A stretch of 64,000 nt of DNA from Candidatus Hydrothermus pacificus (GTDB taxonomy: Bacteria; Hydrothermota; Hydrothermia; Hydrothermales; Hydrothermaceae), in assembly GCA_002011615.1 (NCBI GenBank), contig MTOH01000001.1, positions 134,549-198,548 on the forward strand. The letters are read 5' to 3'. A model generated the notes under the pieces. That model did not search any database and had not been told where the DNA came from. It saw nothing but the letters and a program-made list of their open reading frames with translations. Shown one piece after another: positions 18,748 to 28,866 of this stretch (its first letter is position 1; the number at the start of each line of letters is the position of its first letter). The position numbers and the translations under genes were made by a program.

Positions 18748-19963
18748 ATTTCTCCATAAGTGTGGGTATAAGTTTAAATATAGGAAGATACATTGCTATA
18801 ACCATTGTTCCTACTATACCACCCAGTAGAACCATTATTATAGGTTCAAGAGCAGTTGTAAGAGCCTCAACAGCTGCATCAACTTCTTTGTCATAAAAAT
18901 CTGCAACCTTAGAAAGCATTTCATCCAGATTACCTGATTGCTCCCCTATTGCTACCATCTGGACAACAAGAGGCGGGAATATCCTGGCCTGCTCAAGGGG
19001 CCTTGAAATTGTTGAACCTTCTCTTATTGAGTTTCTTGCCCGTACAATTCCATGCTGAACAACCCTGTTTCCTGTTGTTCTTGCGGTAATCTCCATTGCC
19101 TCCATTAAATCAACTCCACTATTTAAAAGTGTGGAAAGAGTTCTTGAGAATCTTGCAAGAGATGTCTTATGAACAAGACCACCCAGTATGGGCACTTTTA
19201 ATATCACTCTATCAAGGACTTCCTTACCACTCGTAGTTCTATACCATCCATAAATCAAGGCAACCACACCAATGGTAACACCCAGAAGTAACAATATATT
19301 TCCCTTAACAAAATTACTCACTGCAATTACTATTCTTGTAAGTGTGGGTAACTGTGCACCAAATCCCTGATACAGACCCGCAAAAGTAGGGATAACGAAT
19401 ATCAGGAGAGCTGCAAGGGCAACAATCATCACACATATAACTATTACAGGATATATCATCGCACCTTTAATCTTTCGCTGGATATCCGCCATTTTTTCAA
19501 GATATTCAGCAAGTCTTGCAAGAATCTCGCCCAGAGCACCACCTTTTTCACCTGCTTCCACCATGTTTACATACAAATCCGAGAAAACTTTTTTATGTTT
19601 TTTCATTGCTTCAGCAAGGGTATAGCCACCCTCAACATCCTTTGCAATCTCTCTTATTGCATTTTTTAAAAGTCTGTTTTTTGTCTGTTTATACTGAGTG
19701 TTGAGGGCTTCAAGTAGAGGTAGTCCTGCATCAAGCATGGTTCCAAACTGCTTTGTAAACATAGCAAGTTCGGCTGCAGAAACTTTACCAAGTGTTAAAG
19801 CCTCCAGGGAAATTAATGGTTTTTTCTTCTTGAGTTCTATTGCAACAGGAATAATGTTTCTTTTTCTTAAACTTGTTATTACCTCAGCTTGTGTTTCTGC
19901 TGACATTTCACCTTCAACACTTTTTCCATCAGGTGTTGTCCCTCTGTAATAAAATAGAGGCAT
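18737..19963 (-). CDS. pilC: Type II secretion / type IV pilus platform protein (GspF/PilC family)
   Basis: Two T2SSF repeats and three TM helices. N-terminus FYYRGTTPDGKSVEGEMSAETQAEVITSLR typical of PilC/GspF. Confidence 0.85.
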   Translation of the reverse strand: MPLFYYRGTTPDGKSVEGEMSAETQAEVITSLRKRNIIPVAIELKKKKPLISLEALTLGKVSAAELAMFTKQFGTMLDAGLPLLEALNTQYKQTKNRLLKNAIREIAKDVEGGYTLAEAMKKHKKVFSDLYVNMVEAGEKGGALGEILARLAEYLEKMADIQRKIKGAMIYPVIVICVMIVALAALLIFVIPTFAGLYQGFGAQLPTLTRIVIAVSNFVKGNILLLLGVTIGVVALIYGWYRTTSGKEVLDRVILKVPILGGLVHKTSLARFSRTLSTLLNSGVDLMEAMEITARTTGNRVVQHGIVRARNSIREGSTISRPLEQARIFPPLVVQMVAIGEQSGNLDEMLSKVADFYDKEVDAAVEALTTALEPIIMVLLGGIVGTMVIAMYLPIFKLIPTLMEKFGH

Positions 19964-20047
19964 TTTTTCCTCCTTTTTTAACTTTTTAATTATTTTTATT
20001 ATAAACCCGATTTAATTTCAAGTCAAGCAGGCTTTATAATTTTTACA

Positions 20048-22801
20048 ATGAAATTTGTTCTGTTTTTTACAATATTTTTTATAAATCAGGATGAAAATGA
20101 AAAAATAAAGGAAGCTTTACATTCTCTTTCTTTAACTCAAAAGGACCTCTCTTATGACAAATTCTGGATAAAAGAGGACAAATTTATGAGCCGTGTGTTT
20201 AAAAATATAATGAAAAATCCTCTGTCTTTACCCCGCTATTTAGAGGAAACCGACAGCATACTGGGAAGCAATTTAGATAATCATGTCTTTGTTCTGGAAT
20301 ATCTTTTAAACCAGCTGGATATAAAAAAATGTGATATAAAAATAAGTTTTGAAAATGTCCCGTTTCCTGAAACACCTTTTGAAGACCTCAACAAACTGCT
20401 ATCAAAATACATGTTTCACATAAAGAATTACAACAATTTTTTGAAAGATGCAATTTCCGGGTTATCGCCTGAAGAATTTGACAGTCTGTTAATATATTTA
20501 CCCTGCTTATTTGAAGACGAAGATGATAAATCAGATGACACTTTAAAAGGCATCTTACATAGAGAAAGAGGAATAAAGGTTGATACATCTTTCAATATAA
20601 AGGAAAGTAAATTTTTTCAGAAAATATATAAAATAAGATATGAACAAATACTCTGCTATAATTTAGAAATTCTTAAAATAATGGAACAGATTTACAGAAC
20701 TTCCATAAAAATTTATGGAAAAAATTCAGGATATAAAAAAATCATTGAAACCGACTATGGCAAGATGGCATTTAATTTTAAAAAAGAGGACAATGTATAT
20801 GAGGGGAAATATATTCTTATAATAGACGCGGGAGGAGATGATTTATACAGGGGGAACACCACAAGGGCAACAGGATTTGGAAAATTCAACCCTTTTAACA
20901 TTATTATTGATTTTCAAGGTAATGACACATATACCTGTAAAAGAGTATTCTCTATAGCATCCGGATTTTTTGGGGCAGGTGTTATACTTGATTTAAAAGG
21001 CGATGATTTTTATAAGGGTGGATATTATTCAATAGGTTCAGGATTTTTCGGCACAGGAATTCTATTTGACAAAGAGGGAGATGATACATATCAAGGCAAG
21101 GTATTTTCTCAGGGAAGCGCATTTTTTGGCACAGGGGTTTTAATTGACCTTGAAGGAAATGATACTTATAGATTATGGAATTACGGACAGGGTTTTGCAT
21201 CTACAAAAGGATATGGAATTTTATATGATAAAAAAGGGAATGATTCTTATATTGCCTATGGGAAATTTGTTCATCATCCTCTTCTGCCTTCTGAAACCCG
21301 CTCTTTTGCCCAGGGATTTTCCATTGGATGGAGACCCTATGCATCAGGAGGAATAGGAGTCCTGATTGATGAAGAAGGGAACGACCTTTATTATTCAGAA
21401 GTGTACGGCCAGGGCACAAGCTATTTCTATTCCATAGGAATGCTTCTTGATAAAAAAGGTAACGACTTATATTCTGCTTCTGAATATGCTCAGGGTAGCG
21501 GAATACACCTTTCAGCAGGCGCACTTGTTGACCTTGAAGGACACGATGATTATATTTCAAGATACGGTCCTGCCCAGGGTGAAGGACATGACCTATCTGT
21601 GGGAATTCTAATTGATAAAAAAGGTGATGATTTTTACAAAGTCTCAGGAGGACAGGGCATAGGGCTTACAAATTCAATCGGTATTTTTATTGACTCGGAT
21701 GGTAACGATGTTTATACAACATGGGAGAAGAAACTGGGTCAGGGCTCAGGGACATGGGCAAGAGGTTTCTGTGGGATAGGTATCTTCCTGGACTTAAAGG
21801 GAAAAGATCTGTACCCTTCAAAAGATTACAAAGATAATTTTTCTATTCAGGTCAAAGGGAAATATGGAGTTAAAATTGACCCTGATACAGTTAAGGTTAT
21901 CTATCCTGAAGAAGAAGGACAAGAATTTGAAATACCGGACACAATAAATATAAAAGAACTTTTCAAAGTAGCATCTGAATGGGGAGTAAGGGAAAATAAG
22001 AAAAAAGTCAGAAAAGCAAGGGAAATGCTTGCAAAAAGAGGAAAAGAAAGCCTGAAATATATATTTCAAGAAAAGATAAACACCATTAAAACACTTGAGA
22101 TAAGAGCGATAACAGAGGTTATAAAGAGAAATAAAAAAGAAAGTATCCCTTATCTTTTGAAAGCAATACATTCAAAAAATGATACGGTGAGAAAAAACGC
22201 TATATACCTCACAGGCAAAGCTAAAATAGAAGAACTCGCTGATAGCATAGGCAACCTCCTATCAAAAGAAAAGAATGAAAAAGTAAAAAGTGTCATAATA
22301 TATGCACTTGGAAGACTTAAAAATAAAAATTTTGTAGAAGAAATAAAAAACACTTTTAATAAAAGCCATAAGGAATTTTTGAAAATCTCTGTATGCGAAT
22401 ATTTTCAAAAAGTGAAAGATACATCTTCAATTGATTTTCTTGCAGAAGCTATAAAAAAAGAAATTGGCACAATAAGATATGCTGCAGAATCAGCACTTGT
22501 TTACCAGGGAGAAAAAGTAGAATCAAAGGTGGTTGAAAAAATAGAAAAAATAAAAGACCCTGTCATACTATCTCATTTTTTAAGAATACTTCCGCAAGTT
22601 TCTTCCTCAACTCAGGTTAAAAAAATACTTTTAAAATATCTCGATTCTCGTTCATGGCTTTTGAGGGGAATAAGTGTAAAGGGGCTTGGTAAAATCGGGG
22701 GTAAAGGAATAAAAAATCTATTAGAATTAAAAAGGGAAACAGAGGACAACATTTTTGTGAAAAAAGAAATTGAAAAAGTATTGAAAAATCAAGGGCTTTG
22801 A
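20048..22801 (+). CDS. Large repeat protein: ~12 tandem ~26-aa Gly/Asp-rich beta-solenoid-like repeats plus C-terminal HEAT/PBS-lyase-like repeats
   Basis: Repeats such as VILDLKGDDFYKGGYYSIGSGFFGTG, ILFDKEGDDTYQGKVFSQGSAFFGTG, VLIDLEGNDTYRL…, ILIDKKGDDFYKV…. Consensus QG.g…G.G(I/V)(L/F)(I/L)D..G(N/D)D.Y. C-terminal ~300 aa has HEAT-like helical repeats (…VRKNAIYLTGKAKIEELADSIGNLL…). Hydrophobic N-terminus is a possible signal peptide. Confidence 0.7.
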   Translation: MKFVLFFTIFFINQDENEKIKEALHSLSLTQKDLSYDKFWIKEDKFMSRVFKNIMKNPLSLPRYLEETDSILGSNLDNHVFVLEYLLNQLDIKKCDIKISFENVPFPETPFEDLNKLLSKYMFHIKNYNNFLKDAISGLSPEEFDSLLIYLPCLFEDEDDKSDDTLKGILHRERGIKVDTSFNIKESKFFQKIYKIRYEQILCYNLEILKIMEQIYRTSIKIYGKNSGYKKIIETDYGKMAFNFKKEDNVYEGKYILIIDAGGDDLYRGNTTRATGFGKFNPFNIIIDFQGNDTYTCKRVFSIASGFFGAGVILDLKGDDFYKGGYYSIGSGFFGTGILFDKEGDDTYQGKVFSQGSAFFGTGVLIDLEGNDTYRLWNYGQGFASTKGYGILYDKKGNDSYIAYGKFVHHPLLPSETRSFAQGFSIGWRPYASGGIGVLIDEEGNDLYYSEVYGQGTSYFYSIGMLLDKKGNDLYSASEYAQGSGIHLSAGALVDLEGHDDYISRYGPAQGEGHDLSVGILIDKKGDDFYKVSGGQGIGLTNSIGIFIDSDGNDVYTTWEKKLGQGSGTWARGFCGIGIFLDLKGKDLYPSKDYKDNFSIQVKGKYGVKIDPDTVKVIYPEEEGQEFEIPDTINIKELFKVASEWGVRENKKKVRKAREMLAKRGKESLKYIFQEKINTIKTLEIRAITEVIKRNKKESIPYLLKAIHSKNDTVRKNAIYLTGKAKIEELADSIGNLLSKEKNEKVKSVIIYALGRLKNKNFVEEIKNTFNKSHKEFLKISVCEYFQKVKDTSSIDFLAEAIKKEIGTIRYAAESALVYQGEKVESKVVEKIEKIKDPVILSHFLRILPQVSSSTQVKKILLKYLDSRSWLLRGISVKGLGKIGGKGIKNLLELKRETEDNIFVKKEIEKVLKNQGL

Positions 22802-22821
22802 AATTATAATAAAGTTCAAAA

Positions 22822-23604
22822 ATGGAAAAAGGATATAGAATAAAAGTGGCTATATTTTCTCTTATCGCCATATTTCTGGTAATAGCCGGATATATGTGGT
22901 TCACAGAATTTAAAGTAAATTTACAGAGATACTATTATGAGGTAACTGTTGATGACGCTTCGTGGCTTGAAAGGGGCGACATAGTTACTGTTATGGGAGT
23001 AAACAAAGGAAGAGTTGAGAACATTGATATAGAAAAGGATAAGGTGGTTATAAAATTCTTTCTTGATGGGATAAAGTTGAGAGAGGGTACCAGAATATTT
23101 GTTGAAAATCAGGGTTTTTTAGGGAGAAAAAGACTTGTTGTAAAACAGGGAAAAGGGAGAGAATTACCTTCAGGAACAAGAATTGAAGGAGGTGTTATTC
23201 CTGATCTTGGAGACCTTGTGAGACAGGGTGGGGAAATATTAGAACTGGTGAAAACTACTGTGCTTTCCCTTAATAAAACCATTGACGATGTTGATAAGAC
23301 AATAGAAGAGGTAAAAAACAGTCTCGTGATTCTTTCAGGGGACCTGAAAAAAACCAGCATGACCTTAAGAGAATTTGTTAAAAAGGGCGATGATGTGGAC
23401 AAAGTGATTCAAAATCTCACAGAAATCTCAGGGAGAATTGAAAAAGTATCAGCATATCTTGAAAATGAAAAAGGCAGTCTAAGTAAACTACTCAAAGATG
23501 AAACCCTTTACAATAAAATAGACTCTACAATTACCTCTTTGAACGACCTTATAAAGGATATAAAGAAGAATCCCAGGAAGTATCTAAAAATTGAAATTTT
23601 TTAG
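22822..23604 (+). CDS. MCE/MlaD-family protein
   Basis: N-terminal TM anchor. MCE domain (…RGDIVTVMGVNKGRVENIDIEKDKVVIKF…). C-terminal coiled-coil tail. Confidence 0.7.
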   Translation: MEKGYRIKVAIFSLIAIFLVIAGYMWFTEFKVNLQRYYYEVTVDDASWLERGDIVTVMGVNKGRVENIDIEKDKVVIKFFLDGIKLREGTRIFVENQGFLGRKRLVVKQGKGRELPSGTRIEGGVIPDLGDLVRQGGEILELVKTTVLSLNKTIDDVDKTIEEVKNSLVILSGDLKKTSMTLREFVKKGDDVDKVIQNLTEISGRIEKVSAYLENEKGSLSKLLKDETLYNKIDSTITSLNDLIKDIKKNPRKYLKIEIF

Positions 23605-23609
23605 GGAAA

Positions 23610-24923
23610 ATGGCTTTTTTATGTCAGAAATGCGGATATACATCTTTTAAATGGATGGGCAGGTGTCCCTCATGCGGTGAATGGAACACCTTTGTAGAAG
23701 AAAAAGAAGAAACGAGAAAAACCAATAAGGAATTTTCAAAACCCGTGCCTCTTGCATCTGCTAAACCTGTGAAAGAAATAAGGATAAAAACGGACATACC
23801 CGAGATAGATAGAGTTTTTGGAGGAGGAATCGTCAAAGGAGCTTACTACCTGCTTGGAGGAGAACCGGGTATAGGTAAATCAACCCTGCTTTTACAAATA
23901 AGCAGTATACTTTCCAATAAGGGGTATAAAATATTATATGTATCTGGTGAGGAATCTGATTTCCAGATCAAGATGCGAGCCGAAAGAATCGGAACAGATT
24001 CAAAAAACATATTTGTAATGTGTGAAAACGATATTGAAGGTATAATAGAAGGTATCAGGGAAACAAATCCTGATATACTTATAATAGATTCTATTCAAAC
24101 AATTTATTCGCCAGATTTTGCTTCGTCTCCTGGAAGCATCACTCAGGTCAGGGAATGTGGCGGAGAAATTTTGAGAATGACAAAGCAAGGTGAATGCTCT
24201 ACTTTTGTAATAGGACATGTAACAAAAACAGGAGAAATTGCGGGTCCAAAAACCCTTGAACATATGGTTGATTGTGTTTTATATCTTGAAGGAGAAGAAA
24301 AAGAAAATCTGAGAATTTTAAGAAGTGTTAAAAACAGATTTGGCAATACAGGAGAAATAGGAATATTTGAGATGACCGAAAAAGGATTAAAAGAAGTTAA
24401 AGAAATTGAGAAATTCTTTCTCAACAGAAATTCTGAAGTTCCAGGTAGTGCAATAATATCGCTGACTCAGGGAACAAGACCCCTTTTTGTGGAAGTTCAG
24501 TCCCTTGTCACAAAAACACCTTTTTCTATACCAAAAAGAGAAAGTGCTGGCTTTGACATAAGGAGATTGTCACTTCTGCTTGCTGTAATGGAAAAAAGGT
24601 TTAATATACCCTTTTATAAATACGATGTCTATCTAAACGTAACAGGTGGGATCAGAATTTATGAAACTGCCTGTGACATGGGTATATGTGCTTCTCTTAT
24701 TTCTTCAATGAAAAATATATCCATTCCAAAAGATATTTTATTCGTGGGAGAAGTGGGACTTGGTGGAGAGATAAGACCGGTTCACCTTTTAAATATAAGG
24801 CTAAAAGAGGCAGAAAGGACAGGTTTTAAAAGAGCTTTTATCCCTGCACAGAGTGTAGAAGTTAAAAAAATCAGCTTAATAAAAATAAACAAACTGGAAC
24901 AAATAATGGAGGTCTTAAAATGA
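23610..24923 (+). CDS. radA: DNA repair protein RadA (Sms)
   Basis: N-terminal zinc finger CQKCGY…CPSCGEW. RecA-like Walker A GGEPGIGKSTLLLQ. KNRFG motif. C-terminal Lon-like domain. Confidence 0.9.
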   Translation: MAFLCQKCGYTSFKWMGRCPSCGEWNTFVEEKEETRKTNKEFSKPVPLASAKPVKEIRIKTDIPEIDRVFGGGIVKGAYYLLGGEPGIGKSTLLLQISSILSNKGYKILYVSGEESDFQIKMRAERIGTDSKNIFVMCENDIEGIIEGIRETNPDILIIDSIQTIYSPDFASSPGSITQVRECGGEILRMTKQGECSTFVIGHVTKTGEIAGPKTLEHMVDCVLYLEGEEKENLRILRSVKNRFGNTGEIGIFEMTEKGLKEVKEIEKFFLNRNSEVPGSAIISLTQGTRPLFVEVQSLVTKTPFSIPKRESAGFDIRRLSLLLAVMEKRFNIPFYKYDVYLNVTGGIRIYETACDMGICASLISSMKNISIPKDILFVGEVGLGGEIRPVHLLNIRLKEAERTGFKRAFIPAQSVEVKKISLIKINKLEQIMEVLK

Positions 24924-25924
24924 TGTATGTATTTCGTGCATTAGTAATTATAGTATTCGGTATCATAGGTTATATAGGGTCTCAGAGTATAAATCTGCAG
25001 CCCTACATGGGCGCAATTTTTGGTGCACTTGCAGGTTTCCTCCTCATCTTTATAGAAATATTTCTTGCCAGAAAATCTACAAGAGATGTGGTTTCCTTTA
25101 TATTCGGTGTATCCTTAGGCATGATTATAGCAAATATCACTGCTTTTATTCTGATAATGTTTCCTCCCTTTCAGAACATAAAGCAATATGTATTCATTGT
25201 TGCAAATCTGGTTTTTGCCTGCCTTTTCGGGGCTTTTTCTTATTATAAGAGATACGAGATCAAGGTGCTTGACCTGTGGGTTGGAGAAAAGCTTGGTGGA
25301 AGTTTGAAAGTGCTTGATACATCCAGCATAATTGATGGAAGGATAAAGGACATTGCGGAAACAGAATTTTTTGAGGGCGAGATAATTGTTCCAAAATTTG
25401 TTATAAAGGAATTGCAGAAACTTTCTGATTCAAAAGACCATATTAAAAGAACGAGAGGCAGAAGAGGACTTGAGATATTAGAGGAGATGCAGGATAGTTC
25501 ATTGATCAGAGTGCGACTTATTGATGAAGATCTAAAAGAAGATGAGGAAGTTGACATGGCGCTTGTGAGACTTGCAAAGAGACTTGAAGCAAAGATAATA
25601 ACAAATGACTATAACCTCAATAAAATAGCATCTCTGCACGGGGTTAAGATATTGAATATAAATGAACTTGCAATGAAATTGAAACCTGTATTTTTACCGG
25701 GTGAGGAGCTCAATATAAAGATAACAAAAAGAGGTAAAGAACCCGGACAGGGCGTTGGTCATCTGCTTGACGGAACAATGGTTGTGATAGAGGACGGTGC
25801 AAACCTTCTGGGTCAGACTGTCAAAGTAAGTGTAACAAGTGTGCTCCAGACACCTGCAGGCAGAATAATATTTACAAAAATTAAGGAGGTCAAAAATGAC
25901 CGAAAAAATAGAAAAGATTCTTGA
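24920..25924 (+). CDS. Membrane-anchored PIN + TRAM domain protein (YacL-like)
   Basis: Four N-terminal TM helices. PIN domain (VLDTSSIIDGRI…). C-terminal TRAM-like beta domain. Sits downstream of radA as in Firmicutes. Confidence 0.7.
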   Translation: MMYVFRALVIIVFGIIGYIGSQSINLQPYMGAIFGALAGFLLIFIEIFLARKSTRDVVSFIFGVSLGMIIANITAFILIMFPPFQNIKQYVFIVANLVFACLFGAFSYYKRYEIKVLDLWVGEKLGGSLKVLDTSSIIDGRIKDIAETEFFEGEIIVPKFVIKELQKLSDSKDHIKRTRGRRGLEILEEMQDSSLIRVRLIDEDLKEDEEVDMALVRLAKRLEAKIITNDYNLNKIASLHGVKILNINELAMKLKPVFLPGEELNIKITKRGKEPGQGVGHLLDGTMVVIEDGANLLGQTVKVSVTSVLQTPAGRIIFTKIKEVKNDRKNRKDS

Positions 25925-26468
25925 GAAAGCCAATATTCTTTTAAGAGGACACTTTCTTTTAACCTCCGGGCTTCACTCAGATATTTATTTTGAAAAATTT
26001 CGAATATTTCAATTTCCATGGTATCTTGAAGAGCTTGTAAAAACAGGCAAAGAGCTGATAGGTAGATTTGATTTTGATTACGTGGCGGGTCCTGAAAAGG
26101 GAGGTTTCTTTATAGCTTATGAGGTTGCAAAACAATTCCATAAAACAGCCTTTTATCTTGAAAAAAAAGAGGATAATTTTGTTATAAAGAGAAATTTTGA
26201 TAAAATAGTGGAAGGTAAAAAAGTTATTGTAGCAGATGATGTATTAACCACCGGACATTCCTTGTCAAAGGTAGTTAATGAACTCAAAAAAAATTTCAGT
26301 GTCCAGGGAGTATTTGTAATAATAGATAGAAGCGAAAAGGAAATTGATCTTGGTGTGCCTGTAATTTCCCTTTACAAAAGAGAATTTCGTAACTATAAAC
26401 CAGAAAATTGTCCCTTATGTGAAAAAAATATACCCCTTATAAGACCTGGAGGTAAGAGGTTATCTTAA
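25896..26468 (+). CDS. pyrE: Orotate phosphoribosyltransferase-like type I PRTase
   Basis: PRPP-binding motif VIVADDVLTTGHS; 190 aa; overall OPRT-like layout. Confidence 0.65.
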   Translation: MTEKIEKILEKANILLRGHFLLTSGLHSDIYFEKFRIFQFPWYLEELVKTGKELIGRFDFDYVAGPEKGGFFIAYEVAKQFHKTAFYLEKKEDNFVIKRNFDKIVEGKKVIVADDVLTTGHSLSKVVNELKKNFSVQGVFVIIDRSEKEIDLGVPVISLYKREFRNYKPENCPLCEKNIPLIRPGGKRLS

Positions 26469-26471
26469 AAG

Positions 26472-26885
26472 TTACTCCCCTATAACCTTTACAACTACCC
26501 TTTTATTTCTTTTCCCATCAAACTCTGCATAAAATATTCTTTGCCAGGGTCCCAAATCAAGTTTTCCTTCTGTGACAGGGACAATCACCTGCTGATGCAT
26601 CAAAAGGGATTTAAGATGCGCATCTGCATTTGTTTCACCTGTAAGGTGATGTTTGTAATTTTTTTTAAAGGGTGCAATTCCTTCGAGCCACTCCATTATA
26701 TCCTGAATAATCCCTTCCTCATTGTCGTTCACATAAACAGCAGCAGTAACATGCATTGCTGAAATCAGGCAAAATCCTTCTTTTATTCCACTCTTTTTAA
26801 CTATTTCCTCTACTCTGGGAGTTATGTGAATTATCTCCTTCAGGCTTTTTGTATTAAACCACAGATATTCGGTATAAGATTTCAT
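26472..26885 (-). CDS. YjbQ/UPF0047 family protein (secondary thiamine-phosphate synthase-like)
   Basis: 137 aa; conserved …[35 protein letters not shown]… characteristic of YjbQ. Confidence 0.8.
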   Translation of the reverse strand: MKSYTEYLWFNTKSLKEIIHITPRVEEIVKKSGIKEGFCLISAMHVTAAVYVNDNEEGIIQDIMEWLEGIAPFKKNYKHHLTGETNADAHLKSLLMHQQVIVPVTEGKLDLGPWQRIFYAEFDGKRNKRVVVKVIGE

Positions 26886-28603
26886 CCCAACATAATTTCC
26901 GCAACCTTAGGAACATGTTTTTTTATGAACTCTTTTGCTTCATCTTTGACTTCTCTTGAATTGTTCATTTCAAGTACCTTTTTTGCAAGCTCTTTGGATT
27001 TCTTATACTCCACCCTTGTAACAACTTCTCTTATAAAGGGAATATCTGACGGGTGAACAGAAAGTTCATCTATTCCAAGACCCATGAGCACAACTGCTCC
27101 AATGGGGTCAGAAGCAATTTCACCGCAAACACACACCCTTTTTCTGAATTGATGCGCTCCTTTGACAACAGAGCTTACAAGTCGGAATACTGCTGGATGA
27201 AAATCATTATAAAGATACGCAACATTTGAATTGGTTCTGTCAACACCAAAAAGATACTGGGTAAGGTCATTTGTGCCTACAGAGAAAAAGTCAACATGAG
27301 GAGCTATTTTCTCTGCCATAAGTGCAACTGATGGAACTTCCACCATAATGCCAACTGATATATAATTATCAAAGGGAACTCTTTCTACTTTAAGCTCTTT
27401 TTTAAGTTTTTCAAGATATTTTTTAATCGCCTGGATTTCTTCCACAATTGTAACCATTGGAAGTAGAATTCTAACATTTCCCATTCCGGATGACTTCAAT
27501 ATCGAACGAAGCTGGGTTCTTAGAATTTCCTTTTCTTTCATTAAAAATCTTATGCCTCTTACTCCGAGAAAAGGATTTTTTTCGGGATAACCCGGCAAAT
27601 ATCTACCTGCCCCAACATCAAGGAGCCTGACAACAAGTGGGTCAGGGAAAATTTCCTGTGCACATGACTGATATATTTCGGTCTGATAGTTCTCATCTCT
27701 CCATCTTATTGGGTCCCATACAGATATTTCTGTTCTGAAAAGACCCACGCCCTGTCCATCATACTTCTTAATTGTTTTTATATCATCAAACATACCGATA
27801 TTTCCGAGAACCGAAATCTTTTTTCTTTCTTTTGATTTTGGAGGTTTCTTTTTTACAAACTTATCAACAAGAATTTCAACCTTTTTAATCTTCTCCTCAT
27901 ACTGCTGCAATGTGGATTTTGACGGATCTAGTATCAGTTTCCCGTTCCAGCCGTCCAGAATAGCATCTTTACCATCTTTTGCATCCTTTAAAAGGTTCTT
28001 AATACCACATATCATGGGAATTTCCAGTTGCCTTGCAAGAATGACAGTATGAGAAGTTGCACCTCCTTTTTCAGTTACCACTCCAACGGGCTTTTTATTT
28101 CTGAGCTCAAGAATATCAACAGGTAAAAGGTCATCAGTAACAAGTATACTCCCTGAATCAACAGGTATAAAACCCTCCTGTCCCTGCATTTCAAGGACTA
28201 TTCTTTTGCCAAGATACCTTATCTCCTGAGCTCTTTCTTTGAAAAGTTCGTTTTCTGATTCATCAAGGTTCTTAAGGAATTGTTCAAGAGTTTCAAGGAA
28301 AGCACTCTCCACCCTCATCCTTTCCTGCTTTATCTTTTCCTTGACTTTGCTCACAAACTCTTTATCTTCCAGGATCATAATCTGAGCGTCAAGGACTCTT
28401 GAGATGTTGCCTCTCCAGCCATAAGAAATTTTTTTCCATTCACTTATTATTTTCTTTCTGACCTTTTCAAACCTGAGGGATTCTGCTTTAACATCCTTCA
28501 CAGGCTTATAATCTATTTTTATTTTATCAGGTTCAAAAACCACCACTTTACCTGTTATTATACCCTTTGCACCACACACACCTTCAAGAATTTTTTCTTT
28601 CAT
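26882..28603 (-). CDS. ptsI: Phosphoenolpyruvate-protein phosphotransferase (PTS Enzyme I)
   Basis: Phospho-His region [24 protein letters not shown]-utilising TIM-barrel motifs (…GTNDLTQYL…, CGEIASDP). Confidence 0.9.
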   Translation of the reverse strand: MKEKILEGVCGAKGIITGKVVVFEPDKIKIDYKPVKDVKAESLRFEKVRKKIISEWKKISYGWRGNISRVLDAQIMILEDKEFVSKVKEKIKQERMRVESAFLETLEQFLKNLDESENELFKERAQEIRYLGKRIVLEMQGQEGFIPVDSGSILVTDDLLPVDILELRNKKPVGVVTEKGGATSHTVILARQLEIPMICGIKNLLKDAKDGKDAILDGWNGKLILDPSKSTLQQYEEKIKKVEILVDKFVKKKPPKSKERKKISVLGNIGMFDDIKTIKKYDGQGVGLFRTEISVWDPIRWRDENYQTEIYQSCAQEIFPDPLVVRLLDVGAGRYLPGYPEKNPFLGVRGIRFLMKEKEILRTQLRSILKSSGMGNVRILLPMVTIVEEIQAIKKYLEKLKKELKVERVPFDNYISVGIMVEVPSVALMAEKIAPHVDFFSVGTNDLTQYLFGVDRTNSNVAYLYNDFHPAVFRLVSSVVKGAHQFRKRVCVCGEIASDPIGAVVLMGLGIDELSVHPSDIPFIREVVTRVEYKKSKELAKKVLEMNNSREVKDEAKEFIKKHVPKVAEIMLG

Positions 28604-28866
28604 TTTTCGCCAAATCCTTCCTTAACAAGTTTTTGAAGAGATTTTACTGCTTTCCCTTCGTCCGGGCCCTCTGCTCTTATTATAAGGGTGCTTCCTGATT
28701 CTGCAACAAGCATTAAAAGACTCATTATGCTTTTACCATTAACAACCATGCCATCCTTTTCCACTGTTATTCTTGATTTAAATTTCTCTGCGGTTTTAAC
28801 GAACAGAGAAGCCGGTCTCGCATGAAGGCCCAGCGTATTCGGGACAACTACCTTAACTTCTCTCAT
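28600..28866 (-). CDS. ptsH: Phosphocarrier protein HPr
   Basis: 88 aa; N-terminus …VPNTLGLHARPASLFV… with His-15 motif GLHARPA. Confidence 0.85.
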   Translation of the reverse strand: MREVKVVVPNTLGLHARPASLFVKTAEKFKSRITVEKDGMVVNGKSIMSLLMLVAESGSTLIIRAEGPDEGKAVKSLQKLVKEGFGEK

